IMG/VR virus record: IMGVR_UViG_3300025684_000014
Location: 32,001 to 96,000 of that record
Reading direction: 5' to 3' (one strand)
Origin: a virus
DNA: 64,000 nucleotides
Shown: one piece after another, positions 38,718-48,044 of the stretch
Position numbering within the stretch: the first letter of the stretch is position 1
Layout: every line of letters begins with the position of its first letter
Translations under genes and position numbers: made by a program
The notes under the pieces: generated by a model
What the model saw: only the letters and a program-made list of their open reading frames with translations
Told to the model about the DNA's origin: nothing
Database searches by the model: none

Positions 38718-38926
38718 AAATATATTGCTTAGATAGAGAAGATTGTTGCTTTTATCGTTATTTATCTGATGACGAATATAAAGTTTATGATTTTGATAAG
38801 CCATTTATTCACTGCGAAAATTGTGATTATGTAGCTTTAATTGTTCCTGACGATTTTGTTTTGGAAAACAACTCCAAAACAAAATCATTAATTCTTTCAG
38901 CCTTAAACAAATTGGATAAACTTTAA
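38714..38926 (+). CDS. Small zinc-ribbon protein
   Basis: C-x5-C ... CENC. Confidence 0.55.
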   Translation: MKIYCLDREDCCFYRYLSDDEYKVYDFDKPFIHCENCDYVALIVPDDFVLENNSKTKSLILSALNKLDKL

Positions 38927-41229
38927 TGTTTATAACAACTTATTTTGATAATTCACAACAAGATCTTATTTTTCCCTATACCTTAAATAAGCATGGCATA
39001 GAAAAATGCATACAAGATCCTGATTATCTATTAAATTTTTTTGACGGTCGCGCTCATTCTATACCCGACCTTCAATTATCTTTTTTAAATTCTCTTACTC
39101 AAAATTCTCAAATAACTACTTTTTCTACTTTATTAGATAAAATGAATCTTGAAAATCAAAATGAAAGATTTGTTTTATCTGATTCTAATTTTTTTTCTAC
39201 GGTTCTTTTTTCTGCTTTTAATAAGCAGAATAATTATAATATTACTACTAACTTAAGAAGATCTTTTAATTGGCGATATAATTTTAAAAATATCTCTAAA
39301 TTTTATACTGAATTCTTTCTTTTTGATCAAGATGTTCATAATCGAAACTTAGAAAACGGTTATATTTGTTTTGATATTACACCAGATTTTAATCACTATT
39401 TTAACGAAGAAAATTTTGAATTAAAGTGTATTTCTTATTTAAAGAGAAATCTAATAGCTACTTTCAATGATAAAAAAGTTTATTCTTTGATTTCAAAAAC
39501 TTCTTATGATAACTATATTAAAGATATGGTTTTTCCAGAGGTTTTTGATTATTCAGAAATAAACCCTACTAAAAATATAATTAATTTTGCTTCTTTAAGA
39601 TCTACTTATCAGGCCAATCTTTTAGCATATTCTAAAGGAATTTTAATTAACTTTGATTTTGTATTTGAAAATAACTTATTTCAAGAAAAGCTAGAATCTT
39701 TAGATCAAACAAAAATTGATGTTATAAAAGTTCCTTCTTTTTCTTCAATTTCTAAAGACAATTTAATTGAAAAAACTTCTTATACAAAAAATCAAGTCGT
39801 AAAAAGAAACACTTCTTTTACTCCTTCTTTTACTAAAATTAATGTTTTTGGTTTAAATTTTGAAATCGAAGAAATATATCTTTTAAATTTTTTCTCTCTT
39901 TATTCTCATTCTAATTTATCTTCAAGAAAACGTTCAGCTAGACGTTTTTTTGAATTTTATAATTTTCTTGTAGAAGAAGATTCTCTTCAAATTTTTAATA
40001 AAGATTTATATATCGATAGAATGAGACAAAAGTTTAAATCTTTGTTTATTTATTCTAGTGACTTCTTAAATAATCTTACTGATTCTCAAAAACAATATAT
40101 TGTTAGTTTAAATCTTAAAAATAATTATAACCATTTTGATGAAAATTTAAATTCTTTAATTTTATCTTCTCCAAAAATTGATAAAAAGTTAGATTCAAAA
40201 TACAAAAAGCTAAAAGAAAAAACCAACAAAAGCATTCTTTTTATGAATGATCGTTCTTCTTTGATAAATAATTTACTTTACACTTCTGCTGAAATTAAAA
40301 AATTAAAAAAAGAGTTAGTTAAACTAACTCAAGATCTTGAAGAAAAATTGGCACAACAGAAAACTTATTTTCAAAGATTTTCTACCGAAGCATCTTCTTT
40401 GTTTACTAATTATAATCTTTTTTTAACTATTAAAGATAAATATTTTAATGAATATGCTTCTGCTACTCAATATACTGTTGATCAATTTTTAAATAATTAT
40501 AGTAATCAAGGAATAAATATAATTGATTTAAATTATACTTATCAAGATAATACTTATTCTATAAATTTTAAATCTTCTCAACAAGATGTAGCTAAATTTC
40601 TTCTTGCTAAAAAAGAAGGCGCTCTTCAGATTGAATCAATTACTTTTTCTACTTCTACCCCTACTAAAATAAACATTGTTGGTAATCAAGATTCCAGTGT
40701 TTATGGTGGGCCTTATGTTGTAAAAGTTACCAAGAATAGTATTAATATTTCTTTGAAAGATACTACTTCTATTTTTGGCTCAAACCTTTCTACTGGTGCT
40801 TGTTTTGTGCACCCTCACTCTGGCGCTACCAGCAGCATTGATAATCTTTATTATCCTAATTATTCTAGAGCTTGTTTAGGTGAAGCTTCCCCTTTGCTTT
40901 ATAAAGCTTTTGAAGATAATGATATAAAACTTATTCTTATTTCTGCTATGACTTGGGTTTCTTCAGCTAACTCTGCTGATACCTGGGGGAAGAATTATAT
41001 TTATTTTCCTAAAAAACTAGACATGATTCAACAAGAATCTAATTCAGTTTCTCTTTCTGATATTTCTGAAGAAGAAGTAATAGATTTTCTTTCTGTCTTT
41101 TCAGATGAGGATGAGGATGAAGACGATTCTCAACTTAATCAAAACGAACCCACCGATACAGTTGAGCAACAACCTGTTCAAGAAACACAAGAAACTGTTT
41201 ACACAAGGTATACTGCTAATACGTTATGA
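38926..41229 (+). CDS. Large protein with coiled coil and C-terminal prokaryotic E2-like domain
   Basis: VHPHS...RACLG...NSADTWG fits prokaryotic E2/UBC-like folds; directly upstream of JAB and E1. Confidence 0.65.
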   Translation: MFITTYFDNSQQDLIFPYTLNKHGIEKCIQDPDYLLNFFDGRAHSIPDLQLSFLNSLTQNSQITTFSTLLDKMNLENQNERFVLSDSNFFSTVLFSAFNKQNNYNITTNLRRSFNWRYNFKNISKFYTEFFLFDQDVHNRNLENGYICFDITPDFNHYFNEENFELKCISYLKRNLIATFNDKKVYSLISKTSYDNYIKDMVFPEVFDYSEINPTKNIINFASLRSTYQANLLAYSKGILINFDFVFENNLFQEKLESLDQTKIDVIKVPSFSSISKDNLIEKTSYTKNQVVKRNTSFTPSFTKINVFGLNFEIEEIYLLNFFSLYSHSNLSSRKRSARRFFEFYNFLVEEDSLQIFNKDLYIDRMRQKFKSLFIYSSDFLNNLTDSQKQYIVSLNLKNNYNHFDENLNSLILSSPKIDKKLDSKYKKLKEKTNKSILFMNDRSSLINNLLYTSAEIKKLKKELVKLTQDLEEKLAQQKTYFQRFSTEASSLFTNYNLFLTIKDKYFNEYASATQYTVDQFLNNYSNQGINIIDLNYTYQDNTYSINFKSSQQDVAKFLLAKKEGALQIESITFSTSTPTKINIVGNQDSSVYGGPYVVKVTKNSINISLKDTTSIFGSNLSTGACFVHPHSGATSSIDNLYYPNYSRACLGEASPLLYKAFEDNDIKLILISAMTWVSSANSADTWGKNYIYFPKKLDMIQQESNSVSLSDISEEEVIDFLSVFSDEDEDEDDSQLNQNEPTDTVEQQPVQETQETVYTRYTANTL

Positions 41230-42308
41230 ATTCAATTAAGCCTTTTTCTATTCTCAATAGAAACTTTTATATTTCTATTTCTAATAAATGTCATGAATCT
41301 TTTAAAAAGATTGTAGACATTGCTCCTCAAGAATCTCAATGGTTCAATACTGTTAATGAACTTTATGATGAAGACGGAGAACTTATTTGTTTAGAGCTTG
41401 GTGATCAACTTTATATTCCTGAACAAATTTGTTCTGCTACTGAAGTAGATACTTCTCCTACCATGATGATGGATTTTTACAAAGAACTTTTAAAGAGCCA
41501 TACTCCTGAAGAAACTAATGAAATAATTTCTTCTATGAATTGTTGGAGTCACTCACATGTAAATATGTCTGTGAACCCTAGTGGCCAGGATGTTTCTCAA
41601 TTTACTCAATTTGTAAAGCAATCCCAGGATCAGCAATGTAATAAATTTCAAATCATGCTTATTCATAATAAGAAGGGAGATTATTATTCTAGAGTTTTCG
41701 ATCCCTATACAAAACTTATTTACGAAGGTATTCCAGTTTATATAGATTCTGAATTTGATCTTTCTTATATTGAAGAAGCTGCTAAAGTTAAATTTAAAAA
41801 GAAAGCTTTACCTTCTTCTCTTAAGAATCCTTATGTAAATTCTTCTAAATTTACAGATCTTTTTTCTCTTTCGTCTTCTAAAGCTTACTCTCCTCTAGAA
41901 GATGAAGAAGATTTATCAAAAGTTAATGAAGCTTTGAGTAAAGATCTATTAAATCAAATTTACCACACTACTAATTTAAATACTAAAGTTAAACTCAGTA
42001 AGAAAGACTCTGTTTTAGCTTACAGTTTACTCACTAATGAGTTTGATCAACAAGAGTTGCTTTGGTTTTACTTTTTAATTTCTGGAAATAAAGATAAAAT
42101 TCCAAAGTTTTCTTCTTTAGAAAAAGTTGATCATTTCTTTTTAAACAATCAAAACGTTACAGGCGTTAAAAACTTTATAATAGATTATTTTAACAAAACC
42201 GCTGACACTTTAGCACATCTTCATGAAATTTTTTACACTGTACATTCTCTTACTGACGCCCCTACTATTAATAAGTTAAAAGAAATTGTTGAGGATTTGA
42301 CAATATGA
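41226..42308 (+). CDS. JAB/MPN+ metallo-isopeptidase (deubiquitinase-like)
   Basis: E at QESQW; WSHSHVNMSVNPSGQD is HxH-x7-S-x2-D. Confidence 0.88.
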   Translation: MNSIKPFSILNRNFYISISNKCHESFKKIVDIAPQESQWFNTVNELYDEDGELICLELGDQLYIPEQICSATEVDTSPTMMMDFYKELLKSHTPEETNEIISSMNCWSHSHVNMSVNPSGQDVSQFTQFVKQSQDQQCNKFQIMLIHNKKGDYYSRVFDPYTKLIYEGIPVYIDSEFDLSYIEEAAKVKFKKKALPSSLKNPYVNSSKFTDLFSLSSSKAYSPLEDEEDLSKVNEALSKDLLNQIYHTTNLNTKVKLSKKDSVLAYSLLTNEFDQQELLWFYFLISGNKDKIPKFSSLEKVDHFFLNNQNVTGVKNFIIDYFNKTADTLAHLHEIFYTVHSLTDAPTINKLKEIVEDLTI

Positions 42309-43003
42309 CTCAAGTAAATTTTATGAGGCACGCATCATATTTTGGCCCTGAAGATGCTGCTGACAAAACGCTTACTATTATTGGTGCAGGTGCTACTGGC
42401 TCTTGGGTTGCTTTAATTGCAGCAAAAATGGGTTGGCACAATTTTTCTATTTGGGATTCTGATATTGTTGAATCACACAATTTGCCAAACCAGGTTTATG
42501 GTGTTGAGCATATTGGTATGCAAAAAGTAGATGCTTTAGAGCAAGTACTAAAAGCTTTTAATCCTCAATGTTCTGTTGAAAAGCACAATGAATTTTTTAT
42601 TGGTTCTAATGAAGATCACAAAAGCTCATTAGAAGATTATGTTTATGTTGCTGTAGATTCTCTTTCGGCTAGAAAAGATATCATTTCTAATTGCTTTCAT
42701 TTACCCTTTACAGATCTTATTTTCGAAACTAAAATGGGCTTTGAGCATGCAGAAATCAATATATTCTCTCCTTCAAACGAACAAGCTATGAACTCTTATC
42801 TTGGAATGCTTAAAAGCGATGACGAGGTGGAGGAAAGCGCTTGCGATGCTAAAATCATAACTACACTTACCACTATCGTGGCTTCCACTTTAGTACATGC
42901 TTTATGTGGCCATGCCTCTCTTTCTCGAAGAGGCAAAAATACTTTTTACGATTCTAAACAAATTATTTCTCTTCAAGATAAATTAACCACTATCTCTTTT
43001 TAA
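42305..43003 (+). CDS. ThiF/E1-like ubiquitin-activating enzyme
   Basis: IIGAGATGS, DSDIVESHNLPNQ, KVDAL, AVDSLSARK, ESAC. Confidence 0.92.
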   Translation: MTQVNFMRHASYFGPEDAADKTLTIIGAGATGSWVALIAAKMGWHNFSIWDSDIVESHNLPNQVYGVEHIGMQKVDALEQVLKAFNPQCSVEKHNEFFIGSNEDHKSSLEDYVYVAVDSLSARKDIISNCFHLPFTDLIFETKMGFEHAEINIFSPSNEQAMNSYLGMLKSDDEVEESACDAKIITTLTTIVASTLVHALCGHASLSRRGKNTFYDSKQIISLQDKLTTISF

Positions 43004-43012
43004 GGATAAAAA

Positions 43013-43213
43013 ATGGATACACCTACAATGAATCAACGAATTCAAGCTTTAATCGACCAGCTTCAAGCATCTCTTTCCGATGCTGATCGTTTTGATCGAG
43101 GTCAGAATGCTGCAGGTATTAGAATTAGAAAGCTCGCTCAAGATGTAAAAGTTGAATGTCAATCTATTCGTAAAGATATTCAAACAATTCGCGATTCACG
43201 CAAAAACTCTTAA
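43013..43213 (+). CDS. Histone H1-like Hc1-family small protein
   Basis: DADRFDRGQNAAGIRIRK...IRKDIQ. Confidence 0.75.
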   Translation: MDTPTMNQRIQALIDQLQASLSDADRFDRGQNAAGIRIRKLAQDVKVECQSIRKDIQTIRDSRKNS

Positions 43214-43227
43214 TTTAAGGAAATATT

Positions 43228-43443
43228 ATGTCTACTATTACTCTTGTTGTTATTCCTGGCCCTGGTGCCCGCACCGTAACTGTTCCTGATGGAATGACTG
43301 TTGAGCAACTTGTTGTTCAAGAGAATCTTCATGGAAGAGATATTATCGTTAATGGAGAAGGTGTTTCTCCTGGAACTTATTCAAGTACTCTTGTTACTCC
43401 AAGCTCTGAAATCTTTGCTACAGGTTCAGTAAAAGGTAACTAA
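43228..43443 (+). CDS. Ubiquitin-like (beta-grasp) protein
   Basis: 71 aa; GMTVEQL, IIVNG; ends VKGN. Confidence 0.88.
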   Translation: MSTITLVVIPGPGARTVTVPDGMTVEQLVVQENLHGRDIIVNGEGVSPGTYSSTLVTPSSEIFATGSVKGN

Positions 43444-43448
43444 TTTTT

Positions 43449-43748
43449 ATGGGTGCTGAAACTTTCTACGAGTTTTCTTCTGGAAAAACAGCCAAAGAAG
43501 CTTTTAGCAAAGCAGTTAAAGACGCTGCTTATCAATATGGTCACTCAGGATATACTGGATCTATTGCTGAAAAAAGTGATTTTTCTATGGTTACTGAAAA
43601 GACTTTTTCTTCTTCTGAAGCATGGAACCTTGCAAGGTCTTTAATTAGCACTGATTATTCAGATAAATGGGGGCCTGCTGGATGCATACAGGTTCAGTCT
43701 GATTCTCAACAAAATATTTATCTTTTCTTTGGCTGGGCTTCTAGCTGA
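43449..43748 (+). CDS. Hypothetical phage protein (paralog of 44658-44933)
   Basis: GKTAKEAF...YLFFG vs GDSAKKAY...YLFFT. Confidence 0.7.
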   Translation: MGAETFYEFSSGKTAKEAFSKAVKDAAYQYGHSGYTGSIAEKSDFSMVTEKTFSSSEAWNLARSLISTDYSDKWGPAGCIQVQSDSQQNIYLFFGWASS

Positions 43749-43767
43749 TAAAATTTATAATTAAAAT

Positions 43768-43974
43768 ATGTCTAAAATTAATTTAATAAATGTAAATAAA
43801 AATTATCGATTAACTATAGCTTACCCAAAAGTACTTTCTTTACATCAATTCCTTTTTGATAATAATTCTTTGGGCTATAGAGCTATAGTTAATGGTAGAG
43901 ATATATGTCGGAATGATTGGAAATATACTGTTTTACAACCAAATTCCGATGTACACTTACTTCAACACTTTTAA
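43768..43974 (+). CDS. Divergent ubiquitin-like protein without C-terminal Gly
   Basis: AIVNGRDI...W...LQPNSDV aligns with the neighbouring Ubls. Confidence 0.55.
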   Translation: MSKINLINVNKNYRLTIAYPKVLSLHQFLFDNNSLGYRAIVNGRDICRNDWKYTVLQPNSDVHLLQHF

Positions 43975-44000
43975 TTTATTTGTTATAGAAAGATTTTATT

Positions 44001-44642
44001 ATGTCTACAATTACACTTGTTGTTATTCCTGGCCCTGGCGCTCGCACTGTAACCATTTCTGACTCTGCTACTGTTGCAGATCTTGCTTGCCAAGAAAACC
44101 TTCATGGTCGTGACATTATCATTAACGGTCAAGGCATCTCTCCTTCTCAATGGAGTTCTACTATCGTTCCTTCTGATGCAGAAGTCTTTGCTACTGGCTC
44201 AGTAAAGGGCAATACTAGTTCTGCAACACTAGTTGTGATTCCTGGTCCTGGCGCTCGAACTGTTTCTCTAGATGACTCTATGACGGTTAGTGATCTTGTT
44301 TGTCGTGAGAATTTGCATGGTCGTGACATTATCATTAATGGCGAGGGAATTTCTCCAAACCATTGGGAGACTCATCAAATTCCAGAAAACGCAGAGATCT
44401 TTGCTACTGGTTCTGTGAAGGGCAATACTGATATCGCGACCCTCGTCGTCATTCCTGGCCCTGGTGCAAGATCAATAACTCTTTCTCAAGATATGACTGT
44501 TGCAGATTTGGTTTGCCGTGAAAACCTTCATGGTCGCGACATCATTATTAACGGACAAGGTGTACCTCCAACTTCTTGGGAAACTACTACTGTCCCCCCT
44601 TCTTCAGAAATTTTTGCAACCGGCTCTGTAAAGGGCAATTAA
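44001..44642 (+). CDS. Tri-ubiquitin-like polyprotein (3 x 71 aa)
   Basis: Three exact 71-aa units (44001, 44214, 44427), each ending ATGSVKGN. Confidence 0.92.
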   Translation: MSTITLVVIPGPGARTVTISDSATVADLACQENLHGRDIIINGQGISPSQWSSTIVPSDAEVFATGSVKGNTSSATLVVIPGPGARTVSLDDSMTVSDLVCRENLHGRDIIINGEGISPNHWETHQIPENAEIFATGSVKGNTDIATLVVIPGPGARSITLSQDMTVADLVCRENLHGRDIIINGQGVPPTSWETTTVPPSSEIFATGSVKGN

Positions 44643-44657
44643 TAATATAGAGTCAAT

Positions 44658-44933
44658 ATGATTTTTGTAACAGCTATTGGTGATTCAGCAAAGAAAGCAT
44701 ATTTAAACGCAAAAGAAGAAGATTTGATGTGGGCTAATTATAATGAAGATCATATCCAATCTGTTGACTTAACTAAGCGTTATTTTATTCTTTCTGTAGA
44801 TGTTTTTGAATCAAAGGAAGAAGCCATTCAATTTGCTTCTTCCTTTGATTATTCTACAATTAAATATCGTAAAAATACTTCTGGCGCATTAATTCTTACT
44901 AACGATACTTACTTGTTTTTTACTCTTCCATAA
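44658..44933 (+). CDS. Hypothetical protein (paralog of 43449-43748)
   Basis: See paralog. Confidence 0.6.
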   Translation: MIFVTAIGDSAKKAYLNAKEEDLMWANYNEDHIQSVDLTKRYFILSVDVFESKEEAIQFASSFDYSTIKYRKNTSGALILTNDTYLFFTLP

Positions 44934-44949
44934 TTTTAAAGGTTTTTAT

Positions 44950-45360
44950 ATGTCTACAAATAAGCTTACTGCAATTCTTATTACTGGCGATGTTGATTCT
45001 GTTATCAAAGCTGTTAATTCCTTTGATTTTTCTTCTGCTGAAAACCAAACAACAAAGTTGGCTTTCCAAGACATTTCAAATGATCTTTGTCAAGAAGATA
45101 ATTCTGTAGAGTATTCTGCTTACACTTGGAACTTTACAGATCAGGACATTAATCAAAAGCAAAACACTGCTGCAAAGATGTATCTTGCTAAGAACCCTAT
45201 TGTTCGTTTTGATAATCTTATGAATTATATTGGCAATACTACTAACCTTAAACCTTCTAATGCAGCGCTTTCAAACTTTCTTCGAAAGAATAACTATCAA
45301 AGAAAGCTTGTTAAAAATCTTGCACTCGGCACTACAAGAGTTATCTGGAAGAAAGCTTAA
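44950..45360 (+). CDS. Hypothetical protein
   Basis: RBS AAGG. Confidence 0.65.
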   Translation: MSTNKLTAILITGDVDSVIKAVNSFDFSSAENQTTKLAFQDISNDLCQEDNSVEYSAYTWNFTDQDINQKQNTAAKMYLAKNPIVRFDNLMNYIGNTTNLKPSNAALSNFLRKNNYQRKLVKNLALGTTRVIWKKA

Positions 45361-45640
45361 TTATGTTTCCTGATTGTTTTACAAAAAAACAACTTTCAGA
45401 ATATAGTTTTCTTTTTTGCTTTGACCTAAATAAAGTTCCGACTACTTCTCAGCAAATTTTAAAACTTGCTGAATTGATTACTTCTTTAGAAAAACAAAAT
45501 TATATTTGTTCTGTAAAGCCAGATAAACGTCTTAGAGCAAATGGTCTTTTTGTTGTTTTTGCTAATACTTCTCAATATTATTCTGATCTCAAATCTAAGC
45601 GACAAAAAGTTTTAAAAGCTTGGGATATTAAATAATAATA

Positions 45641-46078
45641 ATGATAATTCAAATCGTAGGTTTACCTGGTACAGGTAAATCTTTTTTAATAAAAAAATTT
45701 CTTCAAAAAAACAAATATAAAAACATTTTTTACTTAGATATTATAAATTTTAAACACATTAAATCTCTAATATTTAAAGCTAAATCACTTTCTCAAAAAA
45801 ATAATATAGTTATTTTAGAGTCAGCTTGCGGTATCTCTAATCTCTCGAGTATAGTTTTATTACATAGAACTTCTAAACGTAACTATGTCAACAATTGTTT
45901 AAAAAGAGGTATTGATATAAATTCTTCTGAGCTATTACTCATAAAAGAAAATATAATACCTGCACATTATACAACTTATACACCTAAATCATTTGAAGTT
46001 CTTTTAAATTCCCTAATAAGGAAAGAAAAAAATGAAAGAACTTTACTTAACAAAAGATCAACTAGACAAATTTTTTAA
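45641..46078 (+). CDS. P-loop kinase-like protein
   Basis: IVGLPGTGKS. Confidence 0.7.
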   Translation: MIIQIVGLPGTGKSFLIKKFLQKNKYKNIFYLDIINFKHIKSLIFKAKSLSQKNNIVILESACGISNLSSIVLLHRTSKRNYVNNCLKRGIDINSSELLLIKENIIPAHYTTYTPKSFEVLLNSLIRKEKNERTLLNKRSTRQIF

Positions 46079-46886
46079 AGATTCTAAACTTAAAATTCCT
46101 GAAGATTTTTTTTCTGAGCCTGATGAGAATGAATATTCTATTATTAAAGCTGATTCTTCTTCAGCTTTAGTTAAATATAAATCTCCTTATTTCTTTCCTT
46201 TGAATTTAAATCAGAATTTACAAGGAATAAAACCAAAAGACGCTAGACAAAAAGCTTTTATAGACTCTCTTTTAGATCCAAAAATTTTAATGTCAGTAGC
46301 ATTAGGCAAAGCTGGTACTGGTAAAACTCTTTTATCTATCGCTTATGCTTTGAATCAATATTTTAGAAACGATAAAAATATTATTCTTATCAAACCTTCT
46401 ATTTATGTTGGCGGCAAATCATCTGTTATGGGGATTTTGCCTGGTGACGTAAATGATAAAATGAGTGGCATAATGTCTTCTTACATGGTGCATATTAGAG
46501 CTCTTTTGGGTTCTGATGCTGAGCATTTTATTTTTCAAATGCTCGAAGATGATAGATTAAAATATCTTCCAGTAGAGCTTGCTCGTGGTATGTCTTTGGA
46601 AAACTCAGTTGTCATATTTGATGAGTGTCAAAATGCTGATATTCACACAATGAAAACTATTGTTTCTAGAGTTGCTGCTACTAGTAAGCTTATTTGTCTT
46701 GGAGATCTTGGTCAAATAGATGCTCCTTTTAAAAAAGATGAATCAGGTTTAAATATATTTTTAGAATCAACTCACTTTAAAAATTCACCTGTCACTTCTC
46801 AAATAACTTTAACTTCTCAATACAGATCTGCTCTTGCAGATTTATGCGAATCAATTACTGAAGAGTATTACTCTCAACAAGGATAA
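46032..46886 (+). CDS. phoH: PhoH-family ATPase
   Basis: GKAGTGKT, GILPGDVNDK, RGMSL, DECQN, GDLGQID. Confidence 0.92.
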   Translation: MKELYLTKDQLDKFFKDSKLKIPEDFFSEPDENEYSIIKADSSSALVKYKSPYFFPLNLNQNLQGIKPKDARQKAFIDSLLDPKILMSVALGKAGTGKTLLSIAYALNQYFRNDKNIILIKPSIYVGGKSSVMGILPGDVNDKMSGIMSSYMVHIRALLGSDAEHFIFQMLEDDRLKYLPVELARGMSLENSVVIFDECQNADIHTMKTIVSRVAATSKLICLGDLGQIDAPFKKDESGLNIFLESTHFKNSPVTSQITLTSQYRSALADLCESITEEYYSQQG

Positions 46887-46887
46887 C

Positions 46888-47316
46888 ATGTACCCTACAT
46901 CATTTAATATTTACAAAAAGTCTGCTGCTGCTCAATTTACTTTACTTCCTCCTCGCACAGACGATAATAACAGAATTCAAAAGACTGGAGCTATTCTTCT
47001 TGAAATGGCACCTTCTGCTGGCGAAAAGTCTTATAACTGGAAGAGCCAAAAGCTTACTTTTGCTTTTGGAATCAATGATCTTACACAGTTCTTCGATGAT
47101 CCTTCTTCTCCTAAGTGGGGAAGCTTTTATCATGATAATGACGGTACTGGAAAGAAGCTTACCCTTAGCCCTGGTGAAGGTAAGTATGCTGGAACTTTTA
47201 TGATGTCTCTTTCTAGTGGAGATCAACGTGTTAGCGTATCTCTTTCTGCTGGAGAATTCCAAGTTCTTGGAAGACTTTTTACTGCTGCTTTACCTAAAAT
47301 GCTTGGTTGGGATTAA
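46888..47316 (+). CDS. Whirly-like ssDNA-binding protein
   Basis: IYKKSAA...GAILLEMAPSAGEKSYNW...FYHD...GEFQVL...LPKMLGW parallels the plant Whirly domain. Confidence 0.75.
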   Translation: MYPTSFNIYKKSAAAQFTLLPPRTDDNNRIQKTGAILLEMAPSAGEKSYNWKSQKLTFAFGINDLTQFFDDPSSPKWGSFYHDNDGTGKKLTLSPGEGKYAGTFMMSLSSGDQRVSVSLSAGEFQVLGRLFTAALPKMLGWD

Positions 47317-47612
47317 TGATTAAATACAAGATTAATCCTAAAAATTCTGACTCTTACAATATCAGTCAAGATCAGCTAGCAGATTTTCTGCTTGCTTATA
47401 TGAATGATAATTTTGATAATCCAAATTTAGAGTCATTAGATGATCTTGTTAAAATCGTATCAAAAAAACTTATCTCTTTGGATAAATCTTATTTTGATAC
47501 TACTCAAAATCAATTATTTTCTATTTATTTTCTTGTTGGCTATTACTATAAATTGTTTTTAACTAAAAATAACGTTCAAGTTATTAATACCGAAATCGAA
47601 AAGGATTCATAA

Positions 47613-48044
47613 ATGTTCTCATATGAAGTAAATGTACGTAAGATTAATTCTGCCAAGCTAAAAGGTGTAGCTTCTGTTATTATTGAAGGTATCATGGAAA
47701 TTGATGGCTTTAAGATCATCGAAGGCTCTAACGGTCTTTTTGTAAGTGTTCCCTCCCATAAGGGTTCTGTTATGGAAGACGGGCAAAGAGTTGAAAAGTA
47801 TTTTGATGATGTAAAATTCAAAGGTGAAGATGGTCTTTTGTTTTCTAAGGAGCTTAAAGATTCTATTCTTTCTTCTTTTATGAACGCCTCTGACCCTCTT
47901 GGTTCTTCTTCTGCCCGTCAACAATCCCAATCAACTACTTCAGCTAAATCTACTACTGTAAAAGCTAGAGATGAAGCTGCCACAGCAGTAAAGCCACAAG
48001 CTTCTGGGCCAGATCGTAATCGCAAACCTCTTTGGGAGTTTTAA
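47613..48044 (+). CDS. SpoVG-family nucleic-acid-binding protein
   Basis: KLKGVASV, KIIEGSNGLFVSVPS. Confidence 0.85.
   Translation: MFSYEVNVRKINSAKLKGVASVIIEGIMEIDGFKIIEGSNGLFVSVPSHKGSVMEDGQRVEKYFDDVKFKGEDGLLFSKELKDSILSSFMNASDPLGSSSARQQSQSTTSAKSTTVKARDEAATAVKPQASGPDRNRKPLWEF

Noticed and set aside
37899-43003. CBASS operon (NTase plus E1/E2/JAB)
   Set aside because: The NTase looks like a generic phage Pol-beta NTase without a Gly-ended tail, no effector is visible, and dedicated Ubls are present.
44001-44642. 213-bp tandem repeats as a CRISPR array or assembly artefact
   Set aside because: Repeats are in frame, differ at synonymous sites and encode Ubl domains. No CRISPR array was seen anywhere in the window.
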